The notes beneath the pieces are model-generated. The model was not told where the DNA came from, did no database searches, and was given only the letters and a program-made list of their open reading frames with translations. A DNA stretch of 63,677 nt from contig CM052816.1 of NCBI GenBank assembly GCA_028534125.1, forward strand, positions 93,560,001 through 93,623,677. Direction: 5' to 3'. The stretch's first letter is position 1, and each line of letters opens with the position of its first letter. A program made the position numbers and the translations under genes. This DNA comes from Lama glama (Eukaryota). Below are positions 41,422 through 54,990 of this stretch, in pieces.

Positions 41422-42048
41422 TGATTATTTGTGCAATCTGATAAAAATAACAACTTTGTTTTTGTGAGTAATAAAAATATGCATTGATTTAATAATGAAT
41501 AAGAACCTCCTAATAGAAGATATGCCCACATGTACTAAGTAGATTTGTCTTGCTATTGGACGATTTTTATCTGTGCTCACGTAGATCAGAAATCTCTCCA
41601 TGCATAGTACGTAAAATGCTAGATCTGCCTGTGTGTATTTCACCATAGATTAAATGCTAATCTAACATACTGTTTGCTCAACAGTATGTTCCTCTCATAT
41701 GCAAGAATCTGATTTCCTTCCCCGAGTGGACATGAGGATGCTTCTACTGAGTCCTTAGGCTCAAATTCTTTCTTCCTTTTATTTGATTAATTTCATTATA
41801 AATCTGTTCCCACCAAGCATATGCTCATTTTCTTTCTTTTTTTTTCTTTTCCAAGTTTAGTTCTCTTCTATACAGTTATTTTGTCATATTTAACACATTT
41901 CCTGTGTGTAGATGTGCTTAGAAGTACTTGTGGCTTTGAATTATATCAAGATTTATTTTTAAAATTCTGAGACATAAACTTAACAAGCATACATTTACGT
42001 CGGGAGGGGAAAAAACACAGTATTTGAATTGATCTTATTGCCTGAGTA

Positions 42049-42208
42049 CAGGACAGGTTACAGCACAAAACGTAAATATGAAGACCCCTTTAAAAATTAT
42101 GAAGAATTCCAAGGCAGTGACAGCAGAGTATTCAACCAAGCGCAGGGGCCTTCAAAGCATGAGACCCTGTGTTACTGCATAGGTCACGTGCCCATGAAGC
42201 CAGCCTGC
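42049..42208 (-). mobile_element. MER91A-like hAT-Tip100 element
   Basis: 'gacagcagagtattcaaccaagcgcaggggccttc...ccctgtgttactgcataggtcacgtgcccatgaagccagcctg'. Confidence 0.8.
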
Positions 42209-42862
42209 GTGTCACCAGGATGGAAGTCAAAATAGGAAAGACGCTTGGAGGATGTTTGATTTCCAGGTGTGAGGTTTAATTGACACTGTATTTTCTACAT
42301 ATTCTGTGTTTTATAAAATCAACCTCCCTTCCTTCCTTTCTTTATTCCCTCCCCTCCTTCTGTCCTTCCTTCCTTTCTTTTATTTCAGGTGATGGTTCCT
42401 AGAAAGTGCTTAAGAGTTCTCAATGAGAACAAGTTCTCAATTAAAGATGAAGCAAATGAGACAATGTGGTCATACAATACTAAAGATTTTACTTGTGATT
42501 TAAAAAGATCTTAATTTTGAGTATTTTGGAAGATCATCAGGTTTAAAACCAATGGTTTGGATGATCTGAGTTTTCATAGATCTGTTATTCCTCATACATA
42601 TTGAAGTATCCCATGTCCAAACATTCAATCCATTTATCTCTTAAAAGAAAACTCTTTGGTGATTTAAGCGAAACCTAAATTACTACAAAGTTCTCAAATC
42701 CCAAACTAGTCAGGATTCCTTGCCGAACATTTCATCTGGTACAGAGATTTCAGAAACTGATACTATAATTCTAGATTAATTTTTAATTTTAAAAATGACC
42801 TGGTCTAAAGAGAAGATTTGCTTTAAATAAGGTGTGAAGACAAACTTTTAATTATACTAGTC

Positions 42863-43042
42863 CAGTTATCTTAAAGTCTGAAGCCTGGATCAGCGACCTG
42901 AGCATCACCTACAATTTGGTAGAAGCACATTCTCAGGCTCACCCAGACCTACTGATTTGGGACCTCTGGTGGTGGCCCCAGCAGTCTGGGCCTTAAGAAA
43001 CATGCCAGGTTATCCCCATATACTTTAAAGTTTGAGAACACA
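42863..43042. mobile_element. MER5A hAT element
   Basis: 'agcatcacct...attctcaggctcacccagacctactga...ggccccagcagtctg...aaagtttgagaac'. Confidence 0.85.
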
Positions 43043-43303
43043 GCTCTTATATGTACTGTTGCTATGCTGAGACTGTTAAATGAATATTACATTTCTTTGA
43101 TAGCATAGTTAAACTGTCATTTAAGTGAACTGACCTTCTAAATATAAATTCTTGGGTTTTTTTTTAACTGAAAGGCAAATAAAAGTTGACATTCTATGAT
43201 GACAATTGTCATTCAATAAATGTATTAGTAATGATAGTCAACAAAATCAATTATTTCCAAAACCAATATTTTTTCCCATAGCAAATTAAAAAAGAAAGAT
43301 ATG

Positions 43304-43309
43304 TTTATT
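43304..43309 (-). terminator. Polyadenylation signal AATAAA of the predicted minus-strand gene
   Basis: TTTATT on the plus strand, about 85 nt 3' of the TGA at 43393, followed on the minus strand by T-rich sequence (catatctttctttttt). Confidence 0.6.
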
Positions 43310-43392
43310 AATAGCCTAAATAATTTTACATCTTTTTGCTTAGTCATCTTGAGTGAAGATAGCTCTTTACCAAATGATGCTTCAAATCCATC

Positions 43393-43523
43393 TCAAAATT
43401 CACTCTTGCAACATTTTTTATCTTCCAATTTTCTTTCTTTGTGTATGTCTGCAAGAATTTCTTTTTCAAGTTTGTTAGGAAATCCCATTATGGCTTGCTT
43501 ACTTCTTGCTTGGATGTAGAAAT
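43393..43523 (-). CDS. Predicted terminal coding exon of an uncharacterised 115-aa protein
   Basis: Acceptor tatttattgcagtttag|AT; reads (D)FYIQARSKQAIMGFPNKLEKEILADIHKERKLEDKKCCKSEF*; phase matches the upstream exon (G|AT). Confidence 0.65.
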
Positions 43524-45279
43524 CTAAACTGCAATAAATAGAAGACAGTATTCTGAGAAGAAACTTAGAGTCAATGGATAGTTTCTTGGAAGAGCCTTTT
43601 CCACTAAGATTTCCAAAGAAACATCATACAGTTTAATTTACCTGGTGGTTAGAATATTAGATATTTTATGCTATATCTCAACTAAATTATGATAATTTTT
43701 TATACATAAGCAAATCAAGGAGCATATATTACAGAATCATACCTAATTGACAAATTTCAGTTTGGATCGACATTTCGTCTTACAGAGCCAATATTCATAA
43801 AAATTTCCTTTGAAAAATTGAGGAATGTCACTAACTTAAACACATATAATGTTAAAAAAAAGTTATTATATTGATAATAATCATAATCATAATATATCTA
43901 ATAAATTAATATATTAGCATAATATATGTTTATATATTTTTTAGGTTTTTGTTGTAGTATCTGGGTATTTTTATTATACCTGAAAAGTAATATATCCTGA
44001 GAAATTATTTTTATCAATCAGAGAATAATTCAATAATCTACAGAAAACTGAATCAAATTCAGGGTCATGTGTGGGGAGGGAAAAAAACATACAAAATGGT
44101 TAAGATGACATTTCCTTTTCTTCATGTGGCATTATTGATAAATAAATTAAAAAAAATCAAACGACAGATGCATTGGTAATACTTAAAGATTTAGGAATTA
44201 TGTGGCAAGGCTTTATTCTAAGTGCTCAGGTAATGTAATAAGAGTCTCTAGGATCCTGAAACTTAGATTGAAATGATCTCCGTGGGAATTTACTGCTTTA
44301 TGGCAGCTACACAGCAGTGCCATGTTATTTACACTGTGTACCAGTACATATTTATCTTCTAGGTTTGTGTTTCAAAATATTTTGCTTTATCCAAATCATG
44401 GTTATTATTAATTAACTGCATGAATCCAACACCTGCATTCTGAATTTTTATAGTGTGAACAGAAACCACTAATTAAAATGGCAGGAAGATATTTGAAGGC
44501 TCTGTGCAAATAAAGTCCATGAATAATGATAATCGTCATGGAAATATTGTTGGAAATCTGTCAGACAAGATGAACAAGCTGAGAATTTTCCCATGTTGAA
44601 ATGGAAGCCCTTATTCTACTACTAATATTCAACAGTTTATGCATCATTTGTCTCTACATAAAAAAAAGTGAGACATAGACCATTAACTTTGGATTCTAAG
44701 TGACAGGATGTTAAGATGAAGCTTCAGAGACAATAGGATGATATTCACTGAAGTGAGCAATGATGTCACCAATAACATCACTTTTGTTTATAATGATAAA
44801 CACTTCCAGTAAGATCATTGCTTATACATACGAAGGGCAGAAACTCAGTGGGAATGGGGCCATTAAGGAGATGACTGGATCAGTCTTGTTCATGCTGATG
44901 AACAATTCCAAAAAAAACCAAAATCAAAACAGAAGGTAATTTATTTCTTGAATTGAGACACAAGCACATCTAGCAGAATTTCTGTAAGTTTCTTTTTTTC
45001 TGAACAAATTAAAAAAAAAACTTAAAGAAACAATATACTTGATTTTTTTCCAGTGTAGTGGACATTAGTCTAAGAGAATGGCCTGTCAATCTTCCACAAA
45101 ACTTGGTGAAGACAGATAGATTCTCTTGCTCAATTAAAGTAGTAAAATGATTACTCAGTCTGGAGCTTTGGGCAGTGGGATGGGATGGGTACCGTATTTT
45201 GAGGAGGTTTTATCAATTATTATAGAATGTGGATCTAAGCAGCTGAAGGCAAAGGAAGGGAAATAGAAAATTTTAAAAA

Positions 45280-46415
45280 CATATTATTCTACTTATATGA
45301 AATATCTAGAATTGGCAAATTCATAGTGTAGTTATGATTACATTTGGTCTTCCTCTCATTTAGAGCACAGAGCTCTTCAAGTCTTTGGAATTTCCTAAGT
45401 GATGAGAGCAGCAAATGTATCTTTTGTTATGTTAATGGAGTGACTTTGGGACCTCAAGTAAGGATGGGAGCTGATTGCCAGAGGAGTCAACCATGTGGTT
45501 AGAGGGTTGGAACTTTCAGCCCTATGTCCCTGACCAGGAGGGGAGAGAGGCTGGAAGCTGAATCAATCTCCAATGACTAATGATTTAATCATTCTGCTTA
45601 TGTAATAAAGCCTCCATGAAAACCCAAAGGGCAGGATATGGAGCGTTTCTAGGTTGGCGAGCAGATGAAGATTTGGGGAAAGTGGAGCATCTGGAGAGGA
45701 CATGGAAGTTCTATGCTCCTTCCACATACCTCTCCCTGTGCATCTCTAGCTGGCTGTACCTGAGTTATATCCTTTTATTATAAACTAGTCATCTAGTAAG
45801 TAAAATGTTTCTCTGAGTTCTGTGAGCTACTCTAGCACATTAATCAAACCCAAAAAGGGGAACTTTTGATTTACAGCCAATTGGTTAGAAGTACAAGTGA
45901 CAAGCTGGACTTACAACTGGTGTCAACTGGTGTCTGAAATCCAAATAGGCCGTTCTTAGAACCTTTAATTTCTAGCCAGTCAATCAGAGGCACAGGTGAC
46001 AATCTGGGCTTGGGACTGGCATCTGCAGTGGTGGTGGGGTGAGCAGTCTTACAGGACTGAATCCTTATACTATCTCGAGGTAGAGAGCAAGAGAATTGAT
46101 CTGAATTGTAGGACACCCAGCTGGTGTCCAGAGAATTGCTTATTGTATGTTTGGGAAACCCCTCTTCACACTGGAAATTGCAGCCAGGAAAGAGGTAAAA
46201 ATTAGTTTAGAGGTTATCACGGGCTAGAGGAATGGGGAATTTGGAGTCATTATGTAGTGCCTGCAAAGTTTCTGTTTGAGGTAATAAAAATTCTGGAAAT
46301 AGTGATGATGGTGGCACATGTTGAATATCATCAATGCCACTGAGTTTTACACTTAAAAATGCACACAGTGGTACGTTTTATGTTACATGAGTCTTTCCAC
46401 AATTAAAAAAAAGGA
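45280..46415 (+). mobile_element. L1MB-type 3' end split by a MER21 LTR
   Basis: 'attctacttatatgaaatatctagaattggcaaattcatag' resumes after the LTR as 'gaggttatcacgggctagagg...aaaattctggaaatagtgatgatgg...atgccactgagttttacacttaaaa'. Confidence 0.75.
45327..46185. mobile_element. MER21C-like LTR
   Basis: 'gcacagagctc...ttggaatttcctaagtgatgagag...aaccatgtggttagagggttggaactttcagcc...tgaattgtaggacacccagctggtgtc'. Confidence 0.85.
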
Positions 46416-47542
46416 AAAGATTAAAGACAAACTACATGTTCTGCATGATTTGACCAATGTAAGTCTGAGCTAATCTCATCTTGAGGTTCTATTCTAAACA
46501 CCCACATCAGCAAATGTTGGTTGGGGTAGACATTGGCAATACATAGATAATCCTGTTCTTACTTTTAGGGGTTTTGAAGTTAAGGAGATTATTAAGGTAT
46601 ATGAAATAAATATAATCCTGTAATTTTGTGTTTGAAGTATTGTCTTATTTTGTAGTGTCTACATACTTTTCAATTTAATAGACAAATAATATAAAGTATT
46701 TTAAACAGATCTATGACAGTATAAATTGTTTAAAGAATTAGAAATTTTCAATTCTGTTCACTTTTGACACATGAATTCTTTATGACCCATCTAAGTTGTA
46801 AAGAAGAGGAATTGGTAGTACGAAGCTATTGAGTTAATTATCCAGATGATTCAGCCTCTTGAATAGCATAAAAAAGACTACATTAGTAATTGAGGCAAGA
46901 AAAGGTGAGGGCCTATATGTTTGCCTCATTTGTACTCTCATTCTAGTAAAAAAATGATCATTTACTCAGTTTTTTTCAATCTCCCCCCACCCATATCTCC
47001 TGTGGACTCAAATACATGACACAAAATAAACCATCGGCTAAAGGAAAATGGCAGCTCTCTCTGCCATGGAAATGATGACTTGCTGCTCCAACACAACATC
47101 GTGCTGAGGAATTCCTCAAGGCTTATCGTGTCTGCATCATGATTGCGCTGCTGTGGGCCAGATTGACACCCACCTTCATTATTTTACAGTAGATTCCTGG
47201 ATCTGTGAATAAAGAGAAGTTTTCCCTGAGGCTCTGTGTGGGAATGATCTCGAGTAGAAAAGAGAAACATCTTTTACTCCTGGGAGGCACTCCTGACCCT
47301 TTACATGGACCAACTTTTTTTTCTTCTGGCGTTCACAGCTGTATCTTTAAAACAAACACTGTAGCAGATATACCCACATTATAAAAGCTCCAGTGAGATG
47401 CACTAGATAAGGTTATTTAACTCTACCCTGGTGTTGATTGAAATTTCAGCTCCCCAACATGATCCAATGAGGATGATCCTCAAATGATTATACTTGAATT
47501 ACTTAGATTAAAATATCCTCAGAGACTTCTCTCAACACTGAA

Positions 47543-47595
47543 ATACACACACATACAAACACAGACACACACATACATATACACACACACACACT
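47543..47595. repeat. Imperfect (CA)n microsatellite
   Basis: Interrupted CA run. Confidence 0.85.
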
Positions 47596-47687
47596 CTCCC
47601 ATTTATCTTTGAACACAAGGCTCTAATTCATCTTAATCTAGGCTCCCGGGTCCTTGCCTGAACTAACTCATATCCACAATCAGTACC

Positions 47688-48137
47688 TGTGATGGTTGGT
47701 CTTATCTGTTCACTTGACTGATCTAAGGGATGTGGCAATAGCTGGTAAAACACTTCTGGATATGTCTATGAGGAAGAGATTACTATTTGAATCAGTAGAC
47801 CCACTAAAGACAATCACCCCCACCAATGCCAGTAGGAGTCATCCAATTCATTGAGGGCCTCGATAGAACGAAAAGAGAAAAGAAAAGGTGAATTCGCTAA
47901 TTTCTCGAGCTGAGACATCTATCCTTTCCTGCCCTCAGTCAGACATGAATGCTCCTGGTTCTAGGGTTTTCAGGCTCAAACTGCATTGCATCACTGGCTT
48001 TCCTTGCTCTCCAGCTTGCGGGCGGGGGACATCTCAGCCTCCATAACTGTGTGAGCCAATTCCTATAGTAAATCTCTTCATGTATATCTCCTTGTATTCT
48101 GCGGGTTTCATTTCTCTAGAGAATCTTAACTAATACA
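47688..48137 (+). mobile_element. MLT2-type ERVL solo LTR
   Basis: TGTGATGGTT...CTAATACA termini; near TSD GTACC/GAACC. Confidence 0.9.
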
Positions 48138-48207
48138 GAACCAAATGACATGGGAAGCAAGTACAATATTTTTCAAGCTAAATAGCAGCAGGAATATCAA
48201 CAGGGCA

Positions 48208-48558
48208 CGTCTTAGTCGGCTTGGGCTCCTATAACAAAAGACCATAGACTGAGTGGTTTTAACAGTAGCTCACGGTTCTGAAGGCTGACAAGTCCAAGAT
48301 CAAGTGCCAGCAGATTCAGTTCTTGATGAGGGCTTGCTTCTTGGAGTATGAATGATCACCTTCTCACTGTGTACTCTCATGGCCTTTCCTTGGTCTCTCA
48401 TGCTTTTCTTTTAAGGACATCATGAGGAGCCCAGCTTCATAACCTAATCCAAACCTAATTACCTCCTAAAACCCTCATCTCCAAGTACCATCACAGTGGG
48501 AGTTAAAGCTTCCATATATGAATCTGGTGGGGGAGTGATGAACTTTCAGCCCATAGAA
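48208..48558 (-). mobile_element. MLT1A-type solo LTR
   Basis: 'gtcttagtc..cttgggctcctataacaaaagaccatagactgagtgg...ttcagcccata'; 5-bp TSD GGGCA at 48203-48207 and 48559-48563. Confidence 0.9.
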
Positions 48559-50009
48559 GGGCACAAACCTTTTAGGGTAGGTCTTTATATTTTCCTTCCT
48601 TCCTTCCTTCCACTTTATAATAAGAACTACTGGACTCTCCCCAATAACTTACTTGGAGGAAATTTGGAGACTCATTGAAAAATGATGAGACAATCTTTGA
48701 GAACCAACAATGTAGACTAATTAAATTACAAGGTGACAGCTTGGCAATAATTTTAAGCTCCTCTCATTTCTTAAAACCGCACACTCTGACATACGAGAAT
48801 TTTAGACTGTGTTTATTTCTGACTGTTAGGTCTCAGTTTAGAATTGCTGTTATTGTAATACTACTGAGGCAAGCAGTGTAGATTATGTGATGATGATTCA
48901 GTGATGTGCAGACCTGGTGATTGTAATCTAAATTGAAATCACAATCTCATTTCCAAAAAGAAACATTAAATATAGGCTAATGTGTTGTACTCATTAACCA
49001 TTCTCACCCCACAGTTATTTCTAGGCTTTTGAGCAAACCAATCATGAAAATAATTATAGCTTGCTGTTTAGTGCAGCATTAAGATCAATTGGCTGATTTT
49101 TTTGAAAGAAAAGGAAAGTTTTTAACTTTAAAAAACAATGTCATGATTATACGTAGAGACTCGAAGCTGTCAGTATAAACTTATAAAAATAAATATAGCC
49201 TATATTGAAAAAAAAACTAGACTCTTTTCCCCCAGAAAATAGTAGAAAATAATTCATATAGAACAATATGTGTTCTAAAGGAAGATGGGCAACTTCATTT
49301 AGAAAATAAGATTCACAGAGAACTAGATAGAGAATGTGGATTACTGAAGCACTGAACTTATTTTATATGAGGTATTGTCCCACTGGCCGAATTTTCTATG
49401 ATGCGAAAGGCAATGTCCAATGGATGGACATTGAGCATAAATAACACGTAGGTTCACTGAGTAGCTAGACAAAGTCAGGCAAGTTACTTTAATCTTTCTG
49501 AGCCTGAATTTTCTACTTTGTAATTTAGAAGAATATCTATTCACCCTGAGAGTTGTTTTGAGCATCAAGGGAAAGATAAAGAGAATTTTATAGAAAGTAT
49601 TTGAAATAAATTATATTGATTAATATTGTTTATTTCAGAGAACACCTTTCAGCTCCTCAGTCCTTCACTTAAGGTCTTTGTCAATTTATTCAACCCATTA
49701 ATATTTATTGAGCATTGTCTATGTGCCCAGAACACTGGCTCCATTGACTTTAATCTTCGGTCCTTATATCCAAACATATTGGTTCTCCAACCAGGAAAAT
49801 TCATATTTTTGCCTTTTGGTCTTTACAAATGGAAAGAAAATGATTTTTCTGCAAGTGTTATGTTTGTTCTTAAGGGAAATGTATCATATCCTGTCTCCCC
49901 CATTGACTTCTTGCCTGTGCAACACTCCTTACTCTCGTCTCCATGATGATCTTTCTCATTACATACATTATATCTCTTACATCATTGTTAACCCATTTTA
50001 CTCTGATTG

Positions 50010-50190
50010 TCAATCTTTAGTGTACATAAAAATCAGCTTGGAGAGCTTCTTAGAGATGCATAGTCAATCAATTCATCCTCAGAGACTCTAATTAGTTGGA
50101 CCTAGGGCAAAATCCAGACCACTCCATTTTTAGTGAGCACCACAGGTGATCCAGTGGAGATGGTCTGAAGATTATACTTCCAAAAATATT
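50010..50190. mobile_element. MER5-type hAT element
   Basis: 'aaatcagcttggagagcttcttagagatgca...cagagactctaattagttgga...gcaccacaggtgatcc'. Confidence 0.65.
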
Positions 50191-50587
50191 ACTATGCTCT
50201 CCTTACATTTTTAAAAAAAATTATTCCAGGGTCTACACTTTCACCAGGATCATAGTATTTCCTCATACTTCACAATGCCTAAAAGAGAACTAAATGTGTC
50301 TCTCTAGATGCCTTTTAGAACCCTTTTAAAAACCTAAAGTTCTTTGCATCTAAGAAAAATACATGTATAAATTAATCACAAATAAAAATAACGGTTATGG
50401 AAGTATAACATAGCCCATTTGATCCCTACGTATCTATTATGTAACACTACGTAATTGTTTATTTAAAATTTAGTAGTACTTATGGTATCCACTGCAAAAG
50501 GAATGACAAATATTGATAACTAAAACTCTTCTTCTTCTTTGATGTAGACATTTTTCGACCATGACATTGCAGCCTCTGTTTACCAAC

Positions 50588-50720
50588 CTTTATTAACCCA
50601 CCCGAACAATTCCTGGGGTGGGAATCCTCGACCAAATGGTAGGTGTGCTGGTGCCAGCGGTGGAGGATCATGAGATGAGGATGTTGCTGGGGATGGGAGG
50701 CTTGTCTTGTCATGTTCATC
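50588..50720 (-). CDS. Predicted internal coding exon (Pro/Ser-rich) of the 115-aa protein
   Basis: Acceptor gacccacag|GAT, donor AAAG|gttggt; 133 nt; DEHDKTSLPSPATSSSHDPPPLAPAHLPFGRGFPPQELFGWVNK; GC-rich unique block in AT-rich flanks. Confidence 0.65.
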
Positions 50721-53700
50721 CTGTGGGTCACTACATAGTGGACCATGAAATAGCTTAGACTTTTCTTACTAGACTTTGAGGAAAATAAAGCAACAAAAAA
50801 TGTTTTCCCCCCAAAATTGAGGTTGCAATCTTTCTTAAATGAGACAGTTGCTTTTTATGGTATAGTGGTTAATTCTGGTGAAATAAATTGCTACATTCTT
50901 TAAAAACGTGGATCTTATAATGCTTCTCACTATACGGGATATAGTTGTAGAAATGAAAATGGTCAGGCCACATAGGTACTGTCCCCAATTACTTATAGAA
51001 ACAAGTCTTGATCATTGGTTTCTTATAAATTGTCTTCTGCTACTTAAATAAAAGACAAAAATAAATTTTGCAGAGAGGTTGTATTCCAGAAGTTTGGCTA
51101 ATAAAATGAAATATTTAAATAAAAACAAAAAATGAATGATATCATCAATTACAAATTAACATAGTAATTTTATATGTTTGACTTCGTTAGTGCAATGGGA
51201 CCTTTTTGTAATTTCATCTCATTTAGCTTATAAAGTTATAGCTAAATATGCTACAGGTTAGGAATTATTACTGCATTTACAAAAGTGGAAAAGTCCATAT
51301 AATTGTGCTATAATTCTCATAAAGCCTAAGACACTGGTCAAAAAATGTTTGCCTAATTTAGTATTGTCCGTTTTTAAATTGATAATAAAATATAACATAT
51401 CTTTGAAATTATCTAAAAAAGGCTAAAAATAAAAATTTCCATTCTGTTTGAAAAAAAAATGGATTTAGCTTTGTTTAAAGATCTTTAATATTCTATACAA
51501 AGAAAAATGGTACTTTTGTTTAGTCTTTATGCTCATATTTTCCAAGACCTCAATATGGCTTTTTTTTTTTCAAAGCAAAAAGAAAACACTAAATGCAAAT
51601 ATTGTATTTAAATGCGAATGTTGGATTGAATGTCAGAGAAGGGATTTGGCAGAACGATTTGTCATAGATTCGTTGAATAAGTTCATTCTGAAGAATTATG
51701 AGTTTTATCATTAACTAATTCATCTTAAGAAAACACAACAAATGTGAATGTTCAAGTAGTTCATTAAATTTGATCTTATGTATCTATTTATAGTCAAAAT
51801 ATAGGCATAATGCCTTTACAGAAATATAAGGCCCATCATAGTGAATATTTCAACTATGGTGTTTATATTTCAATTGGACAATTTAAAGCTTAGAACACTA
51901 AAAATAAAAATATAAAAATGAGCATCATTTTGCAATTCTGGGACCTTAATACTTAATTTTGTTAACATCTTTTCAGAAATGGGCTGTGAGTGTCATTCTG
52001 CCTTGTACCTAGAAAATTGTGCTGACCCTCATTTGGTGCCTTCTTTGCTTTTAGCACTAATACAGTTTTCTTTAAATGGAAGAAATGGAGTTAACAGGTA
52101 TGTCTTCATATATTCTTATTTATCAAACCTGTTAATACCAAAAATCCCTGGGATTATTAGAGTTTCACTCTAATGGAAACAAAATTCCCAATTCCACCTG
52201 GCAGCAGGCCCACTAAGACAGCAGCAGATCTGTGATTCAGAAATTCATCTGCAGCTGCCCACAGTGATGAATGTTCGCTCTAATGTTCATAACTTAGGAG
52301 AGGAGAATTCCTTTATTTGTTTTACCCGAAGCCTCCATATATTCTTTGAAATTCTCCCAATTATTCCGGCACACAGTAGTCTCATAAATCAAATACCCCG
52401 AGTAGGCCAAGATATTCTATTTAATGTGACACATAATCCCCCCGAGACAATGAGATGGAGGAGCTTTTGTGTACCTACTTAGAACAAGGTTTCTCGTTGT
52501 CATTTCAGAAGTAGAAGCCTTCTAAACATTTTCAATAGTTTCTGGTCCTGATAACAAATCATCTCAGTGTTTTGCTTCTATGGCTACTTTGTAAAAGTCA
52601 GACTCCATAACCTTGGGAGTCACTTTAATTTGCCTGACTTCCTTCTAACCCAAGGGACTATAAGTAGCCCATTTTCTTCTAGTTGGCCCTCCTAAATCTT
52701 CCATTCAGCTGTGGCGGTAGGAGCCTTTATCTAGGTAGGTGGTTGCTGAGGTTGTGGAAGACAGGTAAGTAATCTGGGCACAGATTACATCACATGAATA
52801 TTTACTCTGGGTTGGGTTTAATGATGACAGTTTTTTTTCCACAGCTTTACGGCTTCAATTGTGACCACACTTTCAAAGACTACAGAGACTTGAAATATTT
52901 ATTAAGCAGATATCAAGGAGTCTCAGCATAAACAGGCTGCTTCTGTGATGTGAATTATTAAGATCGCTGTTAATTACTCAAAGTTGCTTTTGTGTTGCTA
53001 TTTTCTTCTCTAACAATCACATTCAAGTCGCTGGCAAATATGAACATGAAGGAAAATCTCCCTAAGATGGCCATGCTGTAATGAATCATGACTGCGTATG
53101 CTGTGATCACTAGCTAACTGTAAGAATTCAGTACCTGCTGAGGTGTCACTTCACTTCCTACATGCTGACCTTCTACCCTCCAAACCGAAGGATGTGTTCA
53201 GCCAATTATGCCCCTGGTGTCTCCTACTCCATAGCTCATAACGGTAACAAAATTGTATTTGCAATATCAGAATGAATTTTTCCCTTTTCATGTGTCAGAT
53301 ACACAGTGAAGTGAAATGAACAAGGGGGTACATCACAGTGATGTGATCTAAGGGATGAATGTCCTAATTAAATTTCAAATGTTTGTGGTATAAATTTTAA
53401 GAAGCAACCAGCACAAAATGACATATTCTAAAAATTAAGCAGGAGTTAACTCTCTCTCTCTCTGTCTAATTAGCAAAGAAGGGGATGAAGTCATTTGCTT
53501 CTGGAGAGAGAAAACTAAGAGTGAAACAAAGATTTGCATAAAACTGCATATGATTGAGAGTGACCTTTAGATGAAGAATAATGGCCCCAATCAGTCTTAC
53601 TGCAGGCACTGCATATGAGTCCTAGTTCCTCACTGATTTTAAAAATCACAATATATTTGATTTCCATTCTTTTCTGGTGTCTCTCAGATTTCAGAAATCA

Positions 53701-54524
53701 TCTTCAAGCATTAGCTTCTCTTAAAAATCCTTAGAATACAAAAAAGTTTTCTGGTAAATCAACATAGTTTATTAATGTATTTAACAAAAATATAAAATCA
53801 CTGTTTTTCTCAAGTTATCATTCTTTGACAAGTATAAATTTCATCTTACCTGACTTATCACAGGGAAATTTGCCACATTAATTTCAAAAAGAAAATTAAA
53901 TATATGAATACATTGGTGTAGAAGTAGAAATTTAAAACTAAAGTTTATGCTGTGGTCATCTAGTAGAATAACCCTATTTTAAAGTAAAACAAAACAAAAC
54001 AAAACAGAACACCCAAACACAAGAATTCCTAAGAAGTTTAAGGTCTTGTCCCAATGAGCCATTACAGTAGAAGGACTTCAGATTTTAAGCCGAGAGACTG
54101 TGAAAGTCCAAGACTTAAGGTCAGAAGTGTAATAATTGAATCCTTGGTGCTACTAGTTAAATACAGAATCATGATATCTTTTATATCTGTTTCTAATGAG
54201 AAACTTTTGCCAATCTATTTGTGTGTGTACATGTCCTGCCTTACTTGTCCCTTATTCAATATTGAAAACAGGCTAGGAAACATCCTTGAGTTGTTCTCAA
54301 TCTTTAAGAAAAAGATTTGAATGGTTCACAATTTGACATGATGTTTGCTCTGTATTTTGAAGGATATCTTTTATCAGATTATATTAGTTTCCTTATATTC
54401 CTAGTTTTTTAAAAAAAATATTTGTTTTTTAAACTGCTAATTATTTTTGCATGTTGGCTATTACTAAATGCCTTTTCTGTATCCACTGAGGCTATAAGAT
54501 TTTTCTCCATTATCTGCCCATGTG

Positions 54525-54990
54525 GTTTTACTGGTCAGAGACTCTCAGAAAACGAATGGCATGCTCACCCTGGGTAGTTAAGAAGGGTTTAAAGAAGGGA
54601 TTATTTACAATAGAGTGGACACAGTTTAGGGAGCCCAGCAAGAAATGCTGCATCACTATGGACTAACAACAGCTAAGATCCATTACCGCTTCAAGCTGTG
54701 AAAGGACAAATGAAAAGGGCAACAAAATTATCAGGATTTGGAGAAACGCTGATGCTGTAAGTGACAGCCAGAAAACCTAAGCTCTAAGTTTCAGTAGCAA
54801 AAGGCAGCCCCTGCTCAACCATCCCTGGGAAGGAGGGAGCCAGCAGAACATCTCCTGCAATACCGTGTTTTCCAGTCTCCCAGTTGCCTGCCTTTATCCT
54901 CCCATGGCCGTACCTAATCATAAGCCACGAGAGTTTGCCTCCCAAGGCATTTAGTTAGGTGAAGAAAAATGGCAAGTGGATCTAGAGAGA
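54525..54990. mobile_element. Old ERVL-class LTR (LTR33/LTR41-like) within decayed L1M
   Basis: 'ggcatgctcaccctgggtagttaagaagggtttaaagaagggattatttacaa'; flanked by L1M-like sequence at about 54200-54520 and 55160-56030. Confidence 0.5.

Noticed and set aside
43301..43519. 72-aa plus-strand ORF
   Set aside because: Antisense shadow of the predicted terminal exon; no independent support.
49626..50091. Overlapping 106- and 127-aa plus-strand ORFs
   Set aside because: Non-ATG starts, overlap L2 and MER5 fragments, no splice or compositional support.
50480..50746. 88-aa His-rich minus-strand ORF (MVHYVVTHR...)
   Set aside because: Overlaps the predicted exon in another frame; that frame does not fit the phases of neighbouring exons and runs through the splice sites.
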